Below are positions 12,175 through 24,935 of a DNA stretch of 64,000 nt, piece by piece (position 1 is the stretch's first letter; each line of letters starts with the position of its first letter). The DNA comes from Dicyema japonicum (taxonomy: Eukaryota > Animalia > Dicyemida), in NCBI GenBank assembly GCA_011109175.1, contig RDEW01000008.1, positions 691,954-755,953 of the forward strand. Reading direction: 5' to 3'. The notes below the pieces were generated by a model that saw only the letters and a list, made by a program, of their open reading frames with translations, did not search any database and had not been told where the DNA came from. Made by a program: the position numbers and the translations under genes.

Positions 12175-13660
12175 TTCGCATGCTTAAAATCACCTTTAAA
12201 TTTATGGTATTTGGATGACGGAATCATTGGTGGACATCCAGATACAGTTTTGGAGGACGTGCGTCGTTTGATATCTGAATTCGAAGCGATTGGCCTTTCT
12301 GTCAACAAGGCCAAATGTGAATTAATCAAGATCAATTTGAGTCCCGATCTGACTACTTTCTACAATGACCAGTTTAAATACACTCTCGAAAATTATGCAT
12401 CGGTTCCAGTTGGGGAGTCTCTGTTCCTCGGTTCTCCTATATTCGAAGACCAAATTGTGGACGTGTTTAAAAAAAGGACAATAGAGCTCGGTACTTTTGA
12501 GACCCGTTTGCGGCATGTTGACAACCATATTGCCCTCTTCCTATTGAGAAACTGCTTGTCCATTCCAAGATTAAACTATTTACTAAGGACTGCACCATGT
12601 TATAAGTGTGATTCCCTTTTAATGGAATACTCTGATTGCCTCAAAAGATGTACTGAATTCGTACTTAACGTTTCTCTTGACACCCCTGGATGGATACAGA
12701 CTCAATTACCGATATCATTGGGTGGAATCGGTCTTACTACTCCCTGCCAAATTGCTGGCCCGGCGTATTTTGCCTCAAAACTTTCATGCAAAAACCAAGT
12801 GGACTCAATTCTTTCAAAGCTTCCATCTCGGAAACTGTCCAATGACTTGGTTGAATACATGGACGTGTGGCGAGTGAAGGGCTTAGCGAGCCGCGTAATC
12901 CAGACCAACAATCGTCTTGGATGATCCATAGATGGAATGCTCTGGCATCCAACCTAGTCAGCCGGCTCTATGGACATCGCCTGGATTGTTTCCAAAATTC
13001 GAGGGAGGCGGTTGATGGATCTTGGCTTGGGGTTTACCCATGTCAAGAAGTTGGTGGATTGTTGGATGATGACTCACTCCGTACAGCTGTATGTCTACAC
13101 CTCGGATTGCCTGTTTGCACCAAATCGAAGTGCAAATGTGGCTGTCTATCGGACGAACTGGGTCTCCACCTCCTCTCATGCCGGAGCGGAATTGGCAGAT
13201 CTTCTCGACATTCGGCAATGAACGGCATCATTAAGAGGGCATTAGAATCGGCTGGATTCCGTTGCCGGATCGAACCGACTGGTCTATTTGACAACGGAAG
13301 ACGCCCTGACGGCATGACCTCCTTTCCTTTTGAGCGAGGGAGAAACCTTGTATGGGATGTGACCTGTGTCTGCTCTTTCGCCCCAAGCAAAAAAAATAAT
13401 TCACCGGGCAGACCTTCTTCTCAAGCAGAGGAAGTAAAAAAATGCTAAATATTCGGATATCAGCGACAGGTACATTTTCGCACCTGTCGCGATTGAAACT
13501 TCGGGGAACTTTGGCCCTAAAACGCTGAAGTTCCTGAACCATTTGGGAAAACTACTAACTGACAAAACTGGTGATCTTCGTGAGACGAGATGGCTCAAGG
13601 AGAGGCTCTCGTTGGCTGTTGTCCGTGGGAATAGCTTGTGCATCTCCCAACAGCTGAATT
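12175..13660 (+). mobile_element. CRE-clade non-LTR retrotransposon, 5'-truncated (RT C-half, CCHC finger, REL endonuclease)
   Basis: WYLDDG, QLPISLGGIGL, CKCG..GLHLLSC..RHSAMN, RRPDG..LVWDVTC, APVAIETSG, SLAVVRGNS; few frameshifts. Confidence 0.9.
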
Positions 13661-14419
13661 AAAATTAACTATTCTTTTTCCTTTTTCCTTATAATAAAAA
13701 TGAGTTTAAAATTTGAATTTCAAATGGAATCTTGTATGCCATTTTTCACAAAAGCAAAAACAAATTCTGGTGGCTTTCCTACTGAAACAATTAATGAAAA
13801 TACAGTACTCGAAGTTGGACGACTGACTCAGAACTACATGAAACTCATGAGATTTGTCAGAACTTTGAAGGATGTACGCTCCATCCCACGAGATGCAAGG
13901 GTTCCTACTCGAATGATCCGTTCAATTGATCAGAGTTGATGTGCTTAATGGATTGAATGCTACGATATTCAAATATAGTGCCCTGCATCCCCCTGCTGAT
14001 CTTTACAAGATAACGGACATATGGATATGAGAAGTCAAAAATGGGAGCTTATGATAGTTACTACTATAATCAAGGATATTGGAGAAGAGACTCGCAACTT
14101 ATGAAATGAGGAAGGAGTGATAATTTTGCGTTAGATCGTTGGAGGTTCTATCGGAACCTACCAATAATGACAGAAGCATTGTGTTGGGTTTTGGGAGTGA
14201 GGAATGTTCATCTTGTTGTGAGACGGTGTGGAGATGGATGAAAATCCAAAAGTCTATCAATATCATTGGAAGACGTATGAGGAGGAAACGGATGGGTTTC
14301 AGGTCAGTGACACTTCTCTAAGACGAGAAAGGTATAGAAGTGATTATTAATTTTGATTTAATTGTGCTTTCCGTAAAATAAAATATTCCCTCCAACATAT
14401 GCTCATATTAAAGTTAGGT

Positions 14420-15530
14420 CAGTATTAGTTAAAAGCTCTACACATAATACTTAGGATTCCGTTTATGATGAGCTCTTTGCTATCTCTTCTACCAGTTTTT
14501 TTCCAACCAACTTTTCTCCTCGCACGCTTTCGTGGTTCATCGATGTCGTTCGCCGTTTTCAAATTTCCTACAATTTGGAAATAATCTTGAACCAGACAGA
14601 GAGGCAACTTAGTTCTCTTCCCTCCACGAAAGTCTCAGTTGCAGTTGATTGAAAAAATCCTCCATGAATAGATCACACGATGTCACCATATCCACACAAA
14701 TAATATGCCCAAAAAGTCGCCTACAAGATTTTATCACTACCTCGCGTATCGGCTTTACATGACTCATAAAGAGTCCTGTTGTTTAATTTCTTCGGCCAGT
14801 AGATGCCTACAATTTTCCTCAGCTGATTTCTGTGGTATCCATCATGTCTGTCAAGATCTGCTTTTGATGTTCCATACTTTCCTGAGCTGTACAGTAGGGT
14901 CGTTTTACGACCGCATTAAATAGCCTTATCCTGAGATTCAGAGACACGTGCTTTCTACGGGTCCAAATACTCCAAATCTTCTTCATTGCATAGGATACCA
15001 ACATTTTTCTGCAACAACATTCTCAGCATATTCCAGAAACTAGCCGAACGGAGCTCAGTTTTTAAATTTAATTTGAATGACCATATATCCGAAATATCTG
15101 TGACTTTATTAACAACTGAAATAACTCCACGTCGTCGGGTACAAAATTTTTATCGTCTGCAAAGATTAGCTAACTTTTAAATAAATTGCAAGAGAATTGG
15201 CGAAAGTGAGTAGCCCTGAATAGTACAAACATTGATTGTGAACGTTTCCGAATAACTTTTATCGACTTTCAGACAAGTATCTGCAAGCAAAAATCGTATA
15301 ATCCTTAGGAACTGTTCCTCAATAATGTTCTTGATAACGAGAAGTAGTTTATTTCGACAAATAGATAAGAAGGACTTCGACATAAAGCCATAGCTAAACG
15401 ATTCTCCATACAATGTCATCTGTAGACCTTCCCGGTCTAAATTCACTGTACTCAGGATAATTATCGGTAAACAGAACTTGATATCTGGCTCACAGTTATA
15501 TTGGAACAGGTATTCACACACGTGATAATA
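14420..15530 (-). mobile_element. RTE LINE fragment, decayed
   Basis: TIQGYSLSPILL, RIRLFNAVVK, FRGG-type C-terminus. Confidence 0.8.
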
Positions 15531-15700
15531 GAACTATGGGTTAGAATCTTGAATGGGCCTCTTCCTTTAGAATTTCATAGAATTTCGTTCGGTAATTGAC
15601 CGTTGCAGTCACCTTCGTAATCCCTTTTACATATCAAAGTTAGTAACCACAAATAATTTAAATAAAGTATGATTATTAATGATTACAGAATATTATAATT

Positions 15701-16137
15701 TTAATTTGATTGGTCTTTATTGTATTTGGATTTGTGCCAATCGTCCTGTGGGGTATAATAATAATTAGATTGTGAACCAGACAATTCATTTGAATTGATT
15801 TGTTGTTCTACATATTGGTTCAGTTGTTTCTTCCTTTCCTCGTCATTTTCGATAGATGAGAGATCTATCATAATTCATGAATTAAACTAAAACAACCATT
15901 CAATGTTTTTATTCCCTCTTTATATTTAATATTAGCCTCATTAATATTCTCAATTTGTTCGTTTAAATAAATAATATAATCACCTGACTTTTCATAAATA
16001 TCACAGCGTGTGTACTTTATTATAATATCATTTACTTTTAGATCACTACCTGGAATACTGCTTTCCAAGGATTCAATTTCTTTTTTAATAATACTTCGAC
16101 TTCTTCTCTCTTTTTCAGCTTTAGTTTTTTTTTCCAT
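15701..16137 (-). CDS. Divergent bHLH-ZIP transcription factor (Max/Myc-network-like)
   Basis: KAEKERRSRSIIKKEIESLESSIP-loop-TRCDIYEKSGDYIIYLNEQIE aligns to Max HNALERKRR..IKDSFHSLRDSVP..SRAQILDKATEYIQYM. An in-frame 21-nt intron and a ~32-nt intron give an open frame to TAA at 15701. Confidence 0.7.
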
Positions 16138-16299
16138 CTCCTTATCAAATGTTATTATTATCTAACCCTATATTTTTAAATAAAACCTATATTATATAAG
16201 GAAATTTAAATTTACTTTAAATACAAAGAACGAAATAAATTATATCACTAATTTAATTTTTGAAAAATCATTCCTAAAAATTAACACCGAGAAAACAGA

Positions 16300-17010
16300 A
16301 TATACTATAGTAAGGCGATGCGAACAACGACACGAGGAAAAATGGAGGCATACAAAGAAACTTGGCACTCTCTTAGGAGATACAGAAGACATTCAACGAA
16401 GAAAATCACTATCAGCTTTCGCTCTTAAAAGATTAAACAACGTATGGTTACGAGGTAAACAAATTTCTGCCTCTTTAAAAATCAAATTATACAATATGTT
16501 CGTAAAACCGGTCTTACTGTACAACTCCTCCACCTGGGCACTCACAATGCATGAAATGGAAAGTCTGAACTCTTTTCATAGAATGCAGCTCAGATACATT
16601 CTAAGAATTTTCTGGCCAAAGCATATTTTAAACAAATACCTCTATTCCCATTACAATATCCACCCATTGGACGGAGAAATAAGAAGTAACAGATGGGGCT
16701 TATTTGGTCACATCTTAAGTATGGACAGGAATACTTCTGCTAATCTAGCGATGGAACACCACTATGCTCCTCATTCGGGATCGACTTTCCGGGGAAAACC
16801 ACGAATTACTCTACCAACCCTTCTACATCAAGACCTAACTTCGATTGGGAAAAGGTTGACATCGACAGATTATCTTGAGCACCTGAGGTACCTATCAAGG
16901 AACAGAGGGAACCGGAAGCGATTAACAAAACGCATCCAGGAGAGGGTGGCACAAGCGAGATAACTTTACTAACGTTGTTTTGCGGTGTGCTTATTAATAA
17001 TAATTTAATG
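16300..17010 (+). mobile_element. RTE LINE 3' fragment with (TAA)n tail
   Basis: FVKPVLLYNSSTW..RWGLFGHILSM..FRGKPRITLP. Confidence 0.88.
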
Positions 17011-18001
17011 ATATCGGTATTCTTTATGATGGAAGCAGTGTTCTTACAATGCCACAACCTCTGACCGACAATTCGTTCTTCTCTCATGATAGTTTGCAGT
17101 GATGTGGACATCATACAGAACGTGCGGGATTTTGCAGCTTACAATGTCTATCAATAAAATTGGTCTACTGCTCGCTGCAGAGTCGGAGAAAGCATACTAC
17201 TCTTTTTAATTGCTGATAAACTAAGCAAGGAAAGAAAGGCGTGTCCATGGTGACCAGTTGTACAGGTCATCACCGATTTTAGGGAGTTTCTTTTCATTGA
17301 AAGATAAAAGATGAACACTGCTTTCATGAATTTAGTTTCCGAAACCTGCTACCCGGAACCCATAACATGGTGGGAGAATAATAAAATTTGATTGAACGTT
17401 ACTCCCAATATTTTATGGTCCGGTTTTGTAAGATAGGCTTATCATTTAGAATAACATCCAAATCTACATTCAATCTTAGATCGATGAAGAAAATCACAGA
17501 TAATATTTACTAGGAGAAACTGACAATCGATTCGACATCTAATGAATCATCTAAAGAAATTTGAAATTCAAGTTCAGATGAATATCCGATATTTAATTTT
17601 TTGATATGAAGGATACGTTAGGCAGCGTTATCCAAAAGTAGGTGAAGAACTCAGTTTGATTGTAATTTGTTCAAAGACAGGATCTGAGTCCGAGAAATTT
17701 GTAATCGCGGACTTGTGTCCTTAAGGATAGTCATTTTTGCAATGGTTAGAAGACCCTCTAGATAACAACATATCTAGGAAAAGGAGTTGATACGGAGGTG
17801 GAAAATTTGGATTCTCTCATAAAGACAAGATCCCCATGGTTTTCATAAAGAACCCAAACATGCTTTTCGCATTGGGTGACACCTTTACAGGTAAGCCACA
17901 TAGGATTTATAATTAACACTAAAATATTTGGTAAGCCCATAAACAGAATGCAAGGGAGTGCCAACCATCCCCAAATAGTAAAAAACAATTAAAGGGATAG
18001 T

Positions 18002-19907
18002 TTATTTATTTGAATAATAATGATTATTGGTTGAAAGTAATAGATTCATAAATTTCTCACCAAATTCAAATTTAGCAAATTCATCAGGAACATTTGCCAA
18101 AGTTCCATATATTTTACTACACTAACAATTAAATATTATAAATTACAGCTCCCTTTGGTTTACTATTACTTGCTGTCCTTACTGCATAATTGATGTCCTC
18201 TATAAACTGGGTAGTCACTCTCTCATCTGTGTGGTAATCTGTAACACAAATGTGGATGCTTGTTATTAACACAAATTACCACGTGGGATGTTGTAGATAG
18301 TTTAAATGCCACCCTCTTTCGATCAAGAACATCTCCAATTGTGAAAATATCAACTGATTTAGAGGAGAAGGCTATAATTGACAATTGAGGGTCCCCAATG
18401 ACTTGAATATCCCTAATCTTCCCAAGTCTAATAGTATAAACAGTGAAACCTATATTTAATAAATTGAGCAGTTTTGATTATTCTATCAGCCTGTTCGATA
18501 TAGAACTTTGCCCCCAAATACATAAAAGTGGCCCAACAAGTTGCAATGAGTGCCCCACTTCGACTGCCTAAGGATAACAAATGGAATCAACCAGCAAAGC
18601 CCACAGTACAGTAGAAGCCACCCTGCCATTCTGGGTAAACAAAATATTGAGACTCCATGTAATCCCTATGTCTGTATATAATTGAGGAAATTCCCTTAGG
18701 AGTCAGTCCATACTAATGTAACAATAATAACTAAACTTTGTGGGGGTCACAGGAAATACTTGTCACTCCTGACAGTCGAAAGTCAAATTTAGGAAGTTTG
18801 GAGAGAATCTGTTGGTCTGCAAACCCTAGCAGGAATCCTCCAAGACAACAATCCACATGGACAGGAATAGAATACTTCAAACCCAACTAAATATAATAAA
18901 TGGTGTAAACAGCCGAAATATCCTCAATTGGGTCAACAATTCCATGCGGATAGTTTGGAGCTGATCCAACAATCTGAGAATATGAAACCATTATACCATG
19001 CACGTGTTGTAATCAATATATTTTTCCATTTTATCAATATCCACTTTCATAGAGTCGGATGTCAAATCAATTTTAAATAGTTTAATTCCAAAAAGATGAG
19101 CAGCCTTATCAAATGAGCAATGTGCGGAAATGGGGATGATCCTTTATAATAAAATTAATTACATTGTTGGATTATTGATTCCTCTTTTAATGGCAAGATC
19201 ACGATATGTCTTACAGGCCAACATATTACTCTCAGTCCCACACGAAGTAATCTAACAGTCATGTTAACACAAACACATCCAATGGTCTCGTTATCACCAT
19301 TAAACATGTTGGCAATCATTCGCACACACTCTGCCTCCATCTTCTGGGTGGAGGGGAACACGTCCGAATGTAGAGGATTGTGCAAACAAAACAGCTCAAA
19401 TATCTAATTTTATTTACAAACATACTTTCCCCTGTAAGCTTGGTAAATATTCATTTGCTGAATAAACGGTCCCTGAACAGAACCCATCCTTCCAAACACC
19501 CTCACCTATGTTTAGTTGTGGTGATTACCCAAAAGTTTACTTTCCACACTGACAATATCAATTATTTCTTCCTAACATATTACAATGTGAACACCTTTGA
19601 TTTCCCTTCTGACGGTATTCTCTCAGTAATTGACACGTGTTTTAATTTATCAGATAATTCCTGTTCCACATCAGATAAGAACACATCGACTTTATTTTTT
19701 ATCAATTTTTTGTAAAAGTTTGTTTTGTGAAGAAAATAAAATAAAGAGTTGGTTATTTGTACTATTAAACTCAAACAAACTACCTTTCAAGGCGTAAAAG
19801 TTTGTGTAAATATAATTTATTAGCTGGGAAATTAATAGAGTTATTATTATTACAATTAATGGGTTAATTTTGGATAGGTATTCAATAATAGTATAGTAAT
19901 TACGCAT
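18002..19907 (-). CDS. SGPL1: Sphingosine-1-phosphate lyase (PLP-dependent, group II decarboxylase fold)
   Basis: Spliced through more than ten small introns: [42 protein letters not shown] (PLP Lys), GSRSGALIA. One homopolymer frameshift near 18317. Confidence 0.93.
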
Positions 19908-19999
19908 ATTAAGGTTTATATATTTGAATTTTAAATTTTATTGATAATTAATAATTAATAAATAATTATTTTATTTCCAGTAAATTAACCACGCGGCTT

Positions 20000-20760
20000 C
20001 AAAAAAAATGTCATGTTGCTCGACGACGACGTGGTGGCATTTGGAAGAAAAGAACCACACTTTCCCCTATCTTCTCTGGTGGAACAATAAGGAAGGCCTG
20101 CGCCGCTGCGGAGACGTTGAGGCAAACCCTGGACAAGCCAGAATATTCCAATTCAACATAAATGGAATAAGAACAAGTTACTCAAACTTCGGACATTTGT
20201 GAAAGAACATCGCATCGATCTGTTGCTATTCCAAGAGTCTAAACTTTCTCCGAAGAATTCAACACCAGTATTTCCTGGATTCACAATAATTCACCGTGAC
20301 AGAATTGCCAAATTTGGTGGGGGCTTTCTCAGAGTAATTCGCAACGGCATTCCGTTTGAGGATATAACTAACAGTGTCTACAGTGTGTTTAAAGGATATG
20401 GAAATCTCGAACTTGTGGCCGCCAAAGTACGATTCCCAAGACTATCAATAATAGTGGTCAACGCGTATTTCCCACCGTTGAGTTCCTGCTCTTCCAGTGC
20501 TCCCAGATTGACTTTTCTCACATCACTGAAGGATGTGATTATGTGTGTGACTTCAATGCGAAGCACCCACTGTGGCTGACAGGACAAACCTATTACAAAA
20601 GGGGGAAGATGATAATTGAGGACTTCCACAGCCTATGTATACTCAACGATCCTGCATCACATATAAGAACACCTACTTGACGTAACGATAAATCTTCTTC
20701 TATCGACATTTCACTGTCATCACGCAACTCAAACTTCTATTTAATGTCAAGAGAACAATA
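20000..20760 (+). mobile_element. ingi/Vingi-like LINE copy 1: ribozyme-like 5' end, 2A-like peptide, APE fragment
   Basis: LRRCGDVEANPGQ followed by RIFQFNINGI, LLFQESKL, RDR..FGGG, NAYFPP, DFNAKH; truncated after APE. Confidence 0.85.
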
Positions 20761-20777
20761 TCCCTCAAGGTTGAAAA

Positions 20778-20900
20778 TTATTTTTTTAACATAGTTTCAT
20801 TAACAATTAATATATCAGCGTGATTAATGGATAGCATGTGCACAATCTTAGAGCACCTTTTTAAAGATCGGGAGTTCACCACAATGATAGTAAAACAGAC
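20778..20900 (-). mobile_element. APE endonuclease N-terminal fragment of another LINE
   Basis: TIIVVNSRSL...HADILIVNETMLKK. Confidence 0.55.
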
Positions 20901-20959
20901 TTCATGCTTGTAAACCTCTGTCTCCAAAAAAAGAGGGCCACATGTTCCGGACGTCAAGT

Positions 20960-22395
20960 CTTTTTTGGCACAGTTATCAACTAGTTTGTTAACAGCATCC
21001 AATTTCAAGAAGGACAGCCAATGCAATATTAATGAATCGCTTTTATTTCAGTTCAAGAACAGAAATCCTAAACTAAAAACTTGTAAAAAATTAAAATACC
21101 CGGAACTTGATGAAAATTCAGTAGATTGGATGGATTCAATGGAATCAAAAGGTACACTATTTACTCTAACATTTATGGTGCTTTATTGAACGATTCTCTA
21201 ATATTACATATTTTTCGCTAAAGAACTTTCGCTAACTAATTTTAAAAATTCTTACGGGTTTTTGGAAAAATTTAAAAAAAAGACATGGATTTCGAATGCG
21301 TAAATTACACGGCGAAATGCGCACTGAAAAACATGTGGATATTGATGGCTTTTAAAAAATTTGAAGAAGTTTCAAAGAGTTACTCGTCTGAAAATATTTA
21401 TAATTTGGATGAGACAGGAATATTTTATAAATTGATTCCTTCTCGGAGTATTTGCAAATCACCTTTCGGCGGATATAAAAATTCTAGTTATAATTCCTTA
21501 GTTTCTTGTTACAATTCAATTTTTTGCGAGCTGGATTACGAGTTATGACAATCTATTAAAAATGAAAAAAGATCAATTTTGTTATTAATGGATAATTGCC
21601 CATCCCATTGCCCACCTCTTTATTAGGAAAATATTAAAATTATGTTTATTCCAAAGTACAGGACTTATTCAACCTATGGATCTGGGAATCATCAAATATT
21701 TCAAAGTCCATATTACAAGGCACAAATTACTATATTTAACGGATATATTGGAATGCGAGAAGAACTCAGTATATGAATCATATAAGAAGTTAAATCTTAG
21801 GGATACTGTATTGTTTGTAAAAATGGCATGGGAAGATGTAAAATCTAAAACAATTTCAACCTGTTTTAAACCCCTAGAACGTACAAAAAGCGAATCAGAA
21901 CTTACTAACATAAATGTAACAGATGAAATTGTACCCAGAACAGATATTTATGATCCTATTGAAACATAATAATTTATTTGATTACAGTAGAAAGGAGGCA
22001 ATTGATGAAAAGGAGAAATTAATTGAGGAACAAGAAGAATCCGGTTGTGTAGAAGTACACGAGTCATTAAACAAAACTGAAATGCTTTTAAAATTAAGAA
22101 AGATTGAAAATTATTTTCTAGAAAACATTGACAATGATGCAGAATTCACTACTTCAATAAGAAAATATTAAAAATTCTAATAATGGGAATTGAGTATTAC
22201 TTTAATAAAAATAATTAATTTTTGTTTCCTTGGTTAAAAAATTGTTTTCCTTAAAAATAAAATTTATTAATTTAAATAGTTTAATCTTTAAATTAATTAA
22301 AATTTCAAATAAAATTTTATTTTGAAATCTGCCAATTCTCAAATTTGCCACAATTTCGATGGAACCAAAAACGGCAAATTTGAGAGAGTTTACTG
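20960..22395 (+). mobile_element. pogo/Tigger transposase pseudogene with right TIR
   Basis: YPELDE (CENP-B HTH), IYNLDETGIFYK, MDNCPSH, QPMDLGII; 3' TIR (reverse complement cagtaaactctctcaaatttgcc) followed by TA. Confidence 0.88.
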
Positions 22396-22399
22396 TACT

Positions 22400-23130
22400 T
22401 ATCTCTCAATTTCCCATACACATTCGTCAATTTCTTGACAAATTTCTTTCCTCAGTCTGATCTCCTTTACAATAGAATTTCTTTCTCCTTTTTATAAGTA
22501 TCATTATTTTTACATGATTCCATCATCAGCCACTATTTTGTTTAATGGTTATTTTTCGTGATAGTAGACACTTTTAATCTTCCCCCAACACTTGCTTTCT
22601 TCATTCCCTCAACAGTATGATTCAAATCATCGTTGGAGATTTTCCATATTTATGTCCTCAATCTCCTTCTTAATTGCTTACTTTCACACGTCTTCTCATA
22701 TGAGCATCATTTTTATACTATAAAACGATCCAGATAAAATTTCTATTCCATCTATTCCTACATGTTTTTTCATCCTGAATTCTCAACAAGTATTTTATGA
22801 TCACTATAACTGGTGGTCCCTCCTGGGGGAGTCTGTTAAATAACGCAGAGATATTTTTCATAGTATATAGTCTATCTGGTTGTAAATGTGACTGTAATCA
22901 ACATTTCAACTTTTTCTGAGTCTATGTAGTCTTATGTAACGTATTATGTATCGAATGCCGAATTACAAATAAAGTACACAAATTACATAATTGTAAAATC
23001 GACTCTCCTGACATATCTCTTATAGCATGTCTGCATATACAAGGTTTCTCTAAGAAAAGTGGCCCCAATTTTGCATTCTCTTTTCCACATAAAAGGGTAA
23101 TAAATGAGGCTTTAAGATCAGAAAAGGTAT
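22400..23130 (-). mobile_element. RTE LINE APE/linker fragment
   Basis: DSPRRDHQL*SDHK-type APE C-terminal motif; nucleotide homology to 44380-44760. Confidence 0.6.
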
Positions 23131-23309
23131 CCACACGTAAGACTAATCAGTTTACAGTGGTTTGTTACACTCTTGCCATAGTGAGTGGACATTAATAGGG
23201 AATAGACGTAGGGCTGGTTCTGTTCTGTAATTATATTTACATCCAAAACTACTTAGGATATAAAATAATAAATCAAAAATGTTATTAAAATAATATCCTA
23301 GCAACATAA

Positions 23310-24894
23310 ATGGATGATAAGTTGGATATTCCCAGTGTATGGATAGAATCTACTATTTCAAAGAATCTTTCACAAATATCTAAAAATAATTTTGACCAAT
23401 CCAAGTATTTTAATAGTATAGTTTTAGTGAAAATGAATCAGACAGCGAATCTGAAAATAATATAGATATTTGTACGCAGAAAACTATAAATCTTGGGAGT
23501 ACTGAAATTACAATAAATTATAATCCGAATCAACTTGCTCCTGACAAACTTTTAAAACGATGCAGACGTTCTGTCAGTAAACTAAAATCATCAAATCAAG
23601 TACCAAAGTATAATTTACTCAGATAAGGGCAGCATTGGAAGAATCAGTGAAATGTGTGGCCCTGTCAAGACTTGTATACGGAAATGCCACATGTGAGTAC
23701 TTTTTGTACAAACTCAAAATGGCCCATACTTATATTGGTTTAAAGGGTTTCTATATAAATTGATTTAAAGGACATGCTGAACATGCAATAAGCACAATCC
23801 AATCTGTCGTAGAGGAAATTGAAACCACTAAATTCAAGGAGGACGTCAAATATTTCAAATTGTACTTGTCTGCATTGTCCTTTCTGGTTAAAACGTTGAT
23901 TGGTCACAGAAAGTTATTTTTAAATATAACTAAGCTTCAAAGTGGCAAAAACCGAGTTATTAAAGTTAAATTCAGTGCAAAATGAATTCAAACAATTAGA
24001 CCACGTGAATGATGATGAAAAGTTATGTTGGTCATTAGAAACACACAAATTAGCTGCAATGTAATACTTATTAATATTCGTTGACTTTACTTAGGTTGTG
24101 AGAACTACGACAGGGCTGATTATAACATAAAGTCAGGGATTAATATTTGTACCAAACTTGTTGGTTCTAATCATTGGCAGTTGATAGAATTATACCAAAT
24201 ACAGGGTTGGGTGTAATCTTATTAAAAGCCAGAATTATGCATCAGGGAAACTCTCCAAATTGTTGTGATGCCATAAAGACTCTCAAATTGGCATATTCCA
24301 TTGCCAATTCCTAGTATTCCGTTTTATTATACGAGTTCTAACAAAAGTGAAGAAATGGGGGAGATTACGTTTGAATTGGCAAAATTATTATCTAATTTCA
24401 ATACAGAAACCGAACTTGGTATTTATTGGGGATATTTGAGATGAGGGAGAAACTTACTTCCACGAGGCGATGGACATTTACACTACTTTAGGCCTCAATG
24501 AATGTTTGATTCTGGTTAAACAGAGTTTTGCCTGCTTTTTAATGAGAAGAAATGAATTATTTGTTAGTTTTGTTGATATTTTCAGAAAGCCACAAATATA
24601 CTCAGAGAAGTGATCTCATCAACCAATGAAGAATTTGGGGAATATTCGTCTCAGACGTGTTCAGCCTACAAACTGCTCTCATCAGCCCTAACATTGACCA
24701 AGAACTACGAGGAAGCAGTGATTATTCTCAAGAAAGTATAGTAAAGTGAAAATTAGTATCTCGAAATTCAAAAGATTAATTCAAACGTAAATTTAAATCA
24801 AGTAAAAAAAATAGAGAAAAGCATCGACAAACTAGAAAAGTATTCAATAATAAATAATAATAGAATGACAAATGTAAAACATAAAATCAATTAA
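23310..24894 (+). CDS. TTC23: TTC23/TTC23L-like tetratricopeptide repeat protein
   Basis: About 10 tiny introns; ALEESVKCVALSRLVYG..KMAHTYIGLKG resembles TTC23 ELVRCVALTRICYG..LAQGYLQLKG; C-terminal TPR-like helices. One junction near 24060-24095 is unresolved. Confidence 0.72.
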
Positions 24895-24935
24895 AATAAT
24901 AAAAAATTTAAATAATATTTGTTTGTGAGTTATTT

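Noticed and set aside
14600-14650. HDV-like core ttccctccacgaa (also 3577-3590)
   Set aside because: It is the antisense of the RTE FRGG coding motif, and there is no P2 partner or P1.1 GG.
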